From the IMG/VR virus record IMGVR_UViG_3300044991_002272: a stretch of 64,000 nucleotides of DNA; one strand, written 5' to 3'. Positions 57,235 through 64,000 of this stretch are shown here, one piece after another (the stretch's first letter is position 1; each line of letters starts with the position of its first letter). The notes under the pieces are model-generated. The model was not told the DNA's origin. It did not search any database and was given only the letters and a program-made list of their open reading frames with translations. The position numbers and the translations under genes were made by a program. This stretch comes from a virus.

Positions 57235-57263
57235 AAAAAAGGGAGTTTTTAAACTCCCTTTTT
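57235..57263. terminator. Intrinsic terminator
   Basis: AAAAAAGGGAGTTT-TT-AAACTCCCTTTTT. Confidence 0.8.
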
Positions 57264-57265
57264 GC

Positions 57266-59221
57266 TTAGCGCTCAATACGCTTTTTCAAATACTGTTTTG
57301 CTTTGTCTATGTTGCTGGGGTCTATCAAACGATATTCCTTCAATGTGTCTTGTTGGAACTCAAGCCACATCAGGCGTTTTTCAGCACTTTCAAACAAACG
57401 ATGCACTTTTTGGCCGTTGGTTTGAATACCAATTACGCCATAGGGCGTGGAACCAAGATTTTTATCCAAGCTCTGTAGTTTTGTTTGTGCTTCTGCCACT
57501 GCTGTTTTTCTGTTGGAAATAAGCTTTTGAACTTTACCTTGTAATGTTTGTGCTTCTTGGACTTTCTCTTTGATTGAGCGCATTTGTAGTCTAATGGCAT
57601 CGCCTTCCAATCCATAACCTAAATTCAATGGATCTGTAATGCGACCTTCATTTAGTTTTTTGGCAAACTGAGTCTTGTGTTCCGCCAATTGTGTCTTGAG
57701 TTGATTGAACTTTTTGATAAGTGATTCCAAGAGTGCATTGACTTGAGCTAGTTGGGATTCTTCCTTCTTGCTCTTTTCTGGGTGCATACCATAATAGGCG
57801 CCCAACGCCATTTTTGTGCGCTCAGCTTTGTTCTTGCCTTTGAACTTGGGATCATCACTGTGAACAAAGTCACTTATGATTTCACCTTGACTCATTTTCT
57901 TTGTGATTTTTTCGTCAATTTTGGCATTAGATAGCTTTTCAGCAGCATCTTGTGCAGCTTTCTTTTGAGTAGGAGTCAGCATTTGTCCATTTTTCTTTTT
58001 GCCGGTAATAGCCATAGTAGCTAGTTCAGCAACACTGCCTTCATCTGCTTCCTTGATTTTGCCCCAGTTGTTTTCCTGCTTGGCACGCAAAGCAAAGTTG
58101 ATTTGGTGGACCTCTTTTTGTTCTTTGGCACTGCGTTCTTCTTTGGCCATCAACTTTTTCTTGCTAGCCTTCAGTTCAGCTATTGTATAACCTTCCCACT
58201 TGCCAATGTCTTTCTTGGCAGTCTTCATCTTGGCATCCCAAGCCTCAGCTACTATTTTACTGCCGCATGATTTGCACTTCATGTGACCAGGTTTGTCCAT
58301 TTCGTAGACACCTGTACCGCATTCCATGCATTTTTTGCTGGCTTCAGCCAAACCTCTTTTGCTAGCACGGCCCAAAGGCTCTTCTTTAGGACCGCTTGTT
58401 GCAGGGCTAGCAGAAAACTCTTGATCCAAGTCAATGTCTGCACCCTGCTCTTGGGAGGGTTCACTTGGCAAGGGAGCAGAAATATCCGCAGAGGTTGATG
58501 GTGTTTGGCCGCCCTGTAGGGCCATAATAGCATTATCAGTTTCGTCTTTGGCTTTGATTACCGCATCCAATACACTTTGCAGATTGGTTTTCAAAACTTC
58601 ATTGAATGCATTAGCTTGTTCCTGCCCAAATTGAGCTTTCATTGTATCAACCAATGGCATAAGTGCATCTACACTCATTTTGGCAGCATCTTCCGCCATA
58701 TCTTGAAGTTGGTCACTGATGTCTTTGGCAGCCAGGAGAGTTTCAGCTTGCTCTAGGTTTTGATCTTCCTTCAGCTTCTTCTTCTTTTGTTTGGCTTTAT
58801 CAGCAGCACGCATTCTGCTGCCCCAAACCTCATCCTTTTCGCTTTCAATCTTTCCGTCGCCATCCCAGTCTCTGGTGGCCATTTTTTCTTTGAGGTTGCC
58901 TTTGCGCATGTAATGGTCCTTGTTGCGATATTGTTCTTCACCCTCTTTGACAGATTTCTTGCGTCGTTTTGGGGCAATTTCCAGCAGCATATATACAGCT
59001 TCAGTAATCAATGCTGCTTTGGTGTATTCAGGGTTGGTGTAATAACTGTTGAATGCACTTTGTTCAACAATTTTTTGCTTCAAAGCCTCATAGACGCTTT
59101 GCGTTTCTAATAGAGAGATTTCGTCATCTGAGGCTAATTCCCACTGATGCACATGCTTCAAAGTGTGCAATATTTGGGAGAGTTTTCTGTCTCTGTCGAA
59201 ATCTAGAGAATTGACGAACAT
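57266..59221 (-). CDS. Putative prohead core/scaffolding-like protein
   Basis: Highly charged, coiled-coil, Glu-rich protein with a DWDGDGKIES motif; TAAATA at 59247-59252. Confidence 0.65.
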   Translation of the reverse strand: MFVNSLDFDRDRKLSQILHTLKHVHQWELASDDEISLLETQSVYEALKQKIVEQSAFNSYYTNPEYTKAALITEAVYMLLEIAPKRRKKSVKEGEEQYRNKDHYMRKGNLKEKMATRDWDGDGKIESEKDEVWGSRMRAADKAKQKKKKLKEDQNLEQAETLLAAKDISDQLQDMAEDAAKMSVDALMPLVDTMKAQFGQEQANAFNEVLKTNLQSVLDAVIKAKDETDNAIMALQGGQTPSTSADISAPLPSEPSQEQGADIDLDQEFSASPATSGPKEEPLGRASKRGLAEASKKCMECGTGVYEMDKPGHMKCKSCGSKIVAEAWDAKMKTAKKDIGKWEGYTIAELKASKKKLMAKEERSAKEQKEVHQINFALRAKQENNWGKIKEADEGSVAELATMAITGKKKNGQMLTPTQKKAAQDAAEKLSNAKIDEKITKKMSQGEIISDFVHSDDPKFKGKNKAERTKMALGAYYGMHPEKSKKEESQLAQVNALLESLIKKFNQLKTQLAEHKTQFAKKLNEGRITDPLNLGYGLEGDAIRLQMRSIKEKVQEAQTLQGKVQKLISNRKTAVAEAQTKLQSLDKNLGSTPYGVIGIQTNGQKVHRLFESAEKRLMWLEFQQDTLKEYRLIDPSNIDKAKQYLKKRIER

Positions 59222-59264
59222 GATCCAAACTTCCAATGTTTAGATCTATTTATGGGTTCTCTTG

Positions 59265-59564
59265 TCAAAAATTGAAGCTTTTACCACATCCGCAGGAAAT
59301 TGACGCTTGGGGTATGTCTAGGACAAATTTTTGTTCCCCCAAGCTGATTTTATAGTCTAAGGTGGCGTTGCCCAACAGTTCCAGACTTTGTGGGTCAATC
59401 AATACATGTCCAAAGTTAAGATCGTCAGGGCGAATGTCGTTGCAGATTTCAAACTTTTTTTCAAAGCCGCTGCATCCACCGCTCTCAATGAGAATCCTAA
59501 ATCTTCCCCCAAGAGGGAGAATTTTGGACAGTTGTGTTTGTGCTTGGTCTGTAACAAGTATCAT
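59265..59564 (-). CDS. HesB/IscA-family Fe-S cluster assembly accessory protein
   Basis: ESGGCSGF, IDPQS..LL....LDY, SCGCGKSF. Confidence 0.9.
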   Translation of the reverse strand: MILVTDQAQTQLSKILPLGGRFRILIESGGCSGFEKKFEICNDIRPDDLNFGHVLIDPQSLELLGNATLDYKISLGEQKFVLDIPQASISCGCGKSFNF

Positions 59565-60229
59565 GGCAAGCTGTTGTAGATTTTTTTGATACGACTTTTA
59601 GCTGTCATTGCTTTATCCATTGCTGCTACTCGACGTGCTTCAAATAGACTGGTATCGTGGCCCTTGCCTTCCATCAGACTCTTTTTGGCACGGCGCTTGA
59701 ATCGAATAGCATCCATTTTGTGGCTAGTATAGGCGGCTTCCGCTTCCAAAAGATCTCTGACGCTTTGGCTGTTGATATAGAGGCCGCTGTTTAGCATTTT
59801 TACCAAGCCATGTGCAGCTTCATAAAGGCCCAGTTCGTGAGCCAAAACTTCACCAGAAATCTTGTTAACAACACTGTAATGTTGTTTGTTGACCAGCCTA
59901 GTTTCATCTAGATTGATTTTGATTTCATAGCGCCCTATTTTGATACCAGCATAGGTTGTTTCAGTTACAAGAGCTTGTGCTAGCTCAGGATTGTTGTCAC
60001 TTTCCAACAAGATATCTGTTGACACTTGACCTACAACATTGTTTAGCCGCGTCAACACTTGCGCCATAGCATCAACATCTGCCCTAGTAACTTGCCCAGC
60101 ACCAGCCAGTTCTAGGGGAGCAGAACTGGCTGGACTGCGCGCTGAGCGAGGACTCTGTGGAGTTTTTTCTCCGTTCATAATCTGCAAGAGACGGCTCATT
60201 GCGTCTTTGTCTTCATTACTAACTGTCAT
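59561..60229 (-). CDS. Hypothetical (probable head-associated) protein
   Basis: ATG 60229 next to the upstream TAG; lies in the late gene run. Confidence 0.7.
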   Translation of the reverse strand: MTVSNEDKDAMSRLLQIMNGEKTPQSPRSARSPASSAPLELAGAGQVTRADVDAMAQVLTRLNNVVGQVSTDILLESDNNPELAQALVTETTYAGIKIGRYEIKINLDETRLVNKQHYSVVNKISGEVLAHELGLYEAAHGLVKMLNSGLYINSQSVRDLLEAEAAYTSHKMDAIRFKRRAKKSLMEGKGHDTSLFEARRVAAMDKAMTAKSRIKKIYNSLP

Positions 60230-60230
60230 A

Positions 60231-60458
60231 CTAGATTCTCCATTGATCACTTGGGTCGTCAAAGCTATAATAGAGTTTATCATCCCGTTTAACTCGTGTC
60301 AACACTCCACGGGCTACAAGATTTTTTGCTACTACTTTTTCTCTATCCGAAAGAGAACTTTTGGCTATTGAGCCTTGATTGCCAGTTATTTTATTGATCA
60401 AAAGATTTTCTTCATTGCTGACTGGCGTTCGCCAGGCACCCAGTTCAATAATCTTCAT
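60231..60458 (-). CDS. Small hypothetical protein (winged-helix-like)
   Basis: LSDREKVVAKNLVARGVL.R pattern. Confidence 0.7.
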   Translation of the reverse strand: MKIIELGAWRTPVSNEENLLINKITGNQGSIAKSSLSDREKVVAKNLVARGVLTRVKRDDKLYYSFDDPSDQWRI

Positions 60459-61452
60459 TCTCTAGCACCTCTGGAATATTGCTGCCAGCACCTTGAGATG
60501 TTCGTATGATTTGAAGATCTTGTAAGGCAGCTTGCATAGTATCCAAACTGTTGGCTAACCTCTTGGCATTGGCACCTGCAAATTTATAGTCAGGGCTTCC
60601 GCTTGTTAAGTCAGCACTCAAATCACGGAATTGTCGTTGTATTCTCAAACGGAGGCCTTCCAGTGTTACTGTTGCGTCCACATTCAAAATTTTAACTCTC
60701 GTTTTGTCCATAGGTTGTTCAGGATCAAATTCCACAACCACGCGCATGCCCAGAGGCAACTTGTCTTCACGAATCCCATCTGAGGCTTCTGGCAATGTGT
60801 CTACACCTGCCAAAGTCAGCATCCTGGCTAAACTGGGCATTTGCGTCATGCCCATAACCTGTTCATTTAGTGGCCCACAATCAGCTCGAGGCACCATTGT
60901 CAACTTGTGATCAAGAATAATACCCACAGTGTTATTGGGACCACGAGGAACACGTACCTCAACAATTTGATCTTTGTAAATTACTTGTTCCATGAATTCT
61001 TCCTTGGCGTGATGGAGGATCGTTTGTGCTTGCGATTTTGTAACGTTTTCTGTTTTTTGATTGGAAACATGATGATACAGTCCTTGCATGGTTTTGGGAT
61101 CAAGAGTAGGCCAAGTCAATTCCCAATCTTGATCGCTCAGCGATCCCACAATACTTAAAATTTGGCGTATTCTTGTACGCTGTCCTAGTTTGGAATCTTT
61201 TTCCAAGCTATGTAGTTTGTCTTGTACATCGTCTAACGTCGTTTTTTTGCTGCCCATGTTTGTGAACTGCAATAGTTGTAAGGCTTGTTTGATATTCTGT
61301 TTTTCAACACTAGCGACTAAATTTATCAGTTGATCAGCTGGAAGGTCATCAACAGCTTGTTTTACCTGTTTGGGGCTGAATCTACTGGCCTTGCTTAATA
61401 TTCTTACAACGTCAGCAATGCTGTTTTCATGTAGTGGGGTCATTGCGGTCAC
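60445..61452 (-). CDS. Hypothetical protein
   Basis: 335-aa ORF in the late gene run. Confidence 0.7.
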   Translation of the reverse strand: MTAMTPLHENSIADVVRILSKASRFSPKQVKQAVDDLPADQLINLVASVEKQNIKQALQLLQFTNMGSKKTTLDDVQDKLHSLEKDSKLGQRTRIRQILSIVGSLSDQDWELTWPTLDPKTMQGLYHHVSNQKTENVTKSQAQTILHHAKEEFMEQVIYKDQIVEVRVPRGPNNTVGIILDHKLTMVPRADCGPLNEQVMGMTQMPSLARMLTLAGVDTLPEASDGIREDKLPLGMRVVVEFDPEQPMDKTRVKILNVDATVTLEGLRLRIQRQFRDLSADLTSGSPDYKFAGANAKRLANSLDTMQAALQDLQIIRTSQGAGSNIPEVLENEDY

Positions 61453-61597
61453 TGCTTATAGGAAACATGGGTTTTAAAGGTTTGGAGTTAACATCTAATT
61501 TTTCCACAGGAATGTTAAGAGCACGCAATACTCCATTTTTCCTTTGAAAAACAGTTTTTGTGGCCTTGTGGGTTTCAAAAAGTTGTTGAGTATTCAT
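61427..61597 (-). CDS. Small hypothetical protein
   Basis: MNTQQLFETHKATK.VF.RK.G; TAAATA at 61622-61627. Confidence 0.55.
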   Translation of the reverse strand: MNTQQLFETHKATKTVFQRKNGVLRALNIPVEKLDVNSKPLKPMFPISSDRNDPTT

Positions 61598-61647
61598 CTT
61601 GTTTCTCACACAAATATCGTATATTTATACGGCGAACATTACAGACG

Positions 61648-61675
61648 ACAAAAGGCGCATTTCTGCGCCTTTTGT
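61648..61675. terminator. Intrinsic terminator
   Basis: ACAAAAGGCGCA-TTTC-TGCGCCTTTTGT. Confidence 0.8.
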
Positions 61676-61697
61676 ACACTGTCTATACCAATAAGGT

Positions 61698-62321
61698 TTA
61701 GAGTTCTTCGCGAACCTTGCCGATAATGTTGCGGGCGGCGTTGCTGCCGCTAACAACAAAGCTTGTTGCAGAGATAACAGAAGTAGCTGTTGTGATCACA
61801 CCGTCAATGGCATTCAGGAACTGATAGCCATTTGTGTTGCTTTCTACAGTGCTTGTGTCCAACAACCAAGCTGGGTTACGCTCAGTGGCCAGGTTGATGT
61901 AGTAACCTGTTTGTGCGCCATTGAAATCGCTACCAAAGTCCACAGCATTTACACCACTGGTCAACACTGTTGCACCAGCACCGTCAGAAATAGCAGCAGT
62001 GCTCACAGCTACGATCACAGGGTTGGCACGAGTGGCAAATGTGTTCAACAGCTTTGTGAGGTTAGCTTGCTTTGCACCAGCATCATTGTAGGCAGCGTCA
62101 CTGGTGTAGGTTTGGCTTGCTCCATTGCCATCCACAATGGTGATGGTGCGGCTGGCGCTCAAAGAGGTCCAGTTACGAGCCTTCAGTGCTTGAGCCAAAG
62201 GAGCTGTGACATTGGTGGGAAAGCAGGGGATCACAGTTACCAGTTGGAAGAAATTTAGATTGCCGGTGAGGAACTCGCCACCGCGAGAACCGCCGTTTAC
62301 GTTGGTTTGACCATAGGCCAT
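61698..62321 (-). CDS. Probable abundant virion structural protein
   Basis: MAYGQTNVNGGSRGGEFLTGNLNFF...; strong AAGGAG RBS, own TAAATA (62357-62362) and own terminator. Confidence 0.75.
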   Translation of the reverse strand: MAYGQTNVNGGSRGGEFLTGNLNFFQLVTVIPCFPTNVTAPLAQALKARNWTSLSASRTITIVDGNGASQTYTSDAAYNDAGAKQANLTKLLNTFATRANPVIVAVSTAAISDGAGATVLTSGVNAVDFGSDFNGAQTGYYINLATERNPAWLLDTSTVESNTNGYQFLNAIDGVITTATSVISATSFVVSGSNAARNIIGKVREEL

Positions 62322-62359
62322 AGTTTTGTCTCCTTAAGAGTGCATTATTGCAAGGGTAT

Positions 62360-62536
62360 TTATTGTTTACGACTTTTTTTGCGCTTTTTTGGCTTGTTTG
62401 GCACATATCCAAACAAACTGGGGCGTCTCATTACAATACCAAAAGGATTGGTTACTGATGCGATAGAGCCAGCTGAGCTACTCCCGCCTGTGGCCATTTC
62501 AGTTAATGGTTTGAGCAATAATTCACTTATTTTCAT
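62360..62536 (-). CDS. Small basic hypothetical protein (58 aa), absent from the ORF track
   Basis: MKISELLLKPLTEMATGGSSSAGSIASVTNPFG...KPKKRKKSRKQ; ATGA overlap with the upstream gene. Confidence 0.65.
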   Translation of the reverse strand: MKISELLLKPLTEMATGGSSSAGSIASVTNPFGIVMRRPSLFGYVPNKPKKRKKSRKQ

Positions 62537-63279
62537 TTGATCCCTCCTGCCAGTGCCTTTCCAAGGTAGTATGCGCCTATACCAATGCCTGCTGTTATGG
62601 CAAGCTGTTTCAACAAGCTGAGTTTTTTCTTTTCTGGGCCTTGACCCACTTGCGGAGCAACGCAGCCTGCGCCAGTTTCGGGATCACAAACATCTTTCAA
62701 TTCCCAATTATGAGAGTGTGCTAGATTGTCCAATTCATGGACTATGTCCCCACGAGCTGCTCTAGATCGTAATGCTTGGAGCAATCGGGTAACGCACAGT
62801 TTTTTGCCATCCAAGTCAATATGGAGGGAATTCCAGTCAGCAACAATACGTCTAATACTGCGATAGTTTTGGGTCTTGATGCGCAATGAAGTTTCAATTT
62901 GATACAGAATCTGAGATGCTTGTTTTTGATCAAAATTTGTGTTTTGTATATTCTTCAAGAAGCGTTTGACAAGACGTTCGTCCATTGAAGGTGGTTCCTT
63001 GTTCAATACAAAATACAACAAGTCATATAAATCAGGGGCACCAGGATGCCAAGTGCGAAAGTTACTATAGCGTAATGTTTTGTTAGCATATTGCTGTGCA
63101 AACTTTTGTGTGCTTGACTCTACACGCAGGAGTTGTAGGCTTACAAGATACAGAAACACAAGGTTTTCTGCATTGTCCTGATTCAAGGTTGACAAAGAAC
63201 TGAAAAATGGAAGTAATCTGCTTTCAGCCACAATGCTTTCTGGTTCAGAGAAGCGAGTAATAGGAGATGCTAATCTCAT
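62533..63279 (-). CDS. Hypothetical (probable virion) protein
   Basis: 248-aa ORF with a hydrophobic C-terminal helix. Confidence 0.7.
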   Translation of the reverse strand: MRLASPITRFSEPESIVAESRLLPFFSSLSTLNQDNAENLVFLYLVSLQLLRVESSTQKFAQQYANKTLRYSNFRTWHPGAPDLYDLLYFVLNKEPPSMDERLVKRFLKNIQNTNFDQKQASQILYQIETSLRIKTQNYRSIRRIVADWNSLHIDLDGKKLCVTRLLQALRSRAARGDIVHELDNLAHSHNWELKDVCDPETGAGCVAPQVGQGPEKKKLSLLKQLAITAGIGIGAYYLGKALAGGIK

Positions 63280-64000
63280 TTGTATTTGGGTACTTTTGTT
63301 GTCGTCACTTGAGCAACGTCTGGCGACTGCTTGGGTTGCCTTTTGGCTCTTGTAGCCGATTTTGCAACTGGGGCCGCTGTAGGCTTTAATGTAGATGGTT
63401 GGGTCGCAGCTGGCATACTTTGGCCATATCCCGGAAGTTGCATTGATTGAACCTTGTCGCCTGCAATATTCAAGCGATAAGGCCGTTCTTTTGGCTTCGG
63501 GCTAAGAGCTTGTGCCAGTTTTGTATCCCGCTGGAATCCTTGTGGTTTTTGTTGTACCCAGTCCGCTGCGGCCCAAGGTTTGCTGGAAGCCGCTCCTGCT
63601 GAGGCGGCTGTTGGACTTGTTGAATTGGTGGATGTTCCAGCCTGTGAGAATGCTTTTTGCAAGATATCAGGACCAATTGCTCCACGGGTTAACCACGCAT
63701 ATTTGGGATCTTTTTTCAATTGTTCAATTTTGTCTTGTAAACGGGCTCGCTCATCATTTGCAAATTTAGCAAAATCCAGCTTTGGTGGCTCACCAAGCTG
63801 TGTAGGAGCAGGCGTAGGAGCTGTCGCACCCTGCTTTGGGGGCTCAGAAGGTGCAACAGGATCTACGGATGATCTAGTGAACTCATTAGGGTTGTCTTTG
63901 CGAAAGCGGGCTTGTATTTCTGGAGTGATCCCATTTTTGGCTAACTCTTGACGCAATAGTTCTAATTGAGATTGTACTCTGGCAGACAGCTGACCAGTTC
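63276..64000 (-). CDS. Hypothetical Pro/Ala-rich protein, 5'-truncated by the window edge
   Basis: The frame stays open from 63956 to the window end. Confidence 0.6.
   Translation of the reverse strand, partial: TGQLSARVQSQLELLRQELAKNGITPEIQARFRKDNPNEFTRSSVDPVAPSEPPKQGATAPTPAPTQLGEPPKLDFAKFANDERARLQDKIEQLKKDPKYAWLTRGAIGPDILQKAFSQAGTSTNSTSPTAASAGAASSKPWAAADWVQQKPQGFQRDTKLAQALSPKPKERPYRLNIAGDKVQSMQLPGYGQSMPAATQPSTLKPTAAPVAKSATRAKRQPKQSPDVAQVTTTKVPKYK

Noticed and set aside
62465-62495. tRNA-like 5' end GCGGGAGTAGCTCAGCTGG on the minus strand
   Set aside because: No D-arm closure, anticodon arm or T-arm follows. It encodes GGSSSAG within the 58-aa ORF.
1-64000. Stop-codon reassignment, seen in some jumbo phages
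   Set aside because: Conserved genes are full length under code 11, and TAG, TGA and TAA all terminate genes at expected positions.

Overview
This is a gene-dense, mostly minus-strand segment of a jumbo dsDNA phage with T4-like traits: TAAATA late-promoter motifs, a two-subunit T4-type topoisomerase II, NrdAB plus glutaredoxin, dUTPase, and virion/head and fibre genes at the right end. The host is probably an alphaproteobacterium. This is an inference from a permuted two-piece tmRNA with a GGCAGUG T-loop, ROSE-like thermometers and TTGACA..GCTATA promoters. Host-like genes include hldD, rpiB, a CCA-adding enzyme, clpS, clpX, hsp20, dnaK, rpsU, infC, queD, yccA/BI-1 and an IscA-like gene. The most unusual features are: (1) a Ro60-like DUF2828/vWA locus preceded by its own promoter-driven array of three stem-closed RNA units (one tRNA-like) and a stem-closed UUG-heptad element; (2) nine 21-aa-repeat (LRR-like) paralogs in two head-to-tail arrays, whose conserved C-terminal coding segment supplies the RBS and start codon of the next copy, with one array coupled to a dual-AAA/vWA-peptidase operon; (3) a permuted tmRNA with only a 3-nt intervening segment; (4) ROSE-like hairpins on both hsp20 and dnaK; (5) a roughly 500-nt structured non-coding region. 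All calls come from reading motifs by eye; no database searches or folding programs were run.
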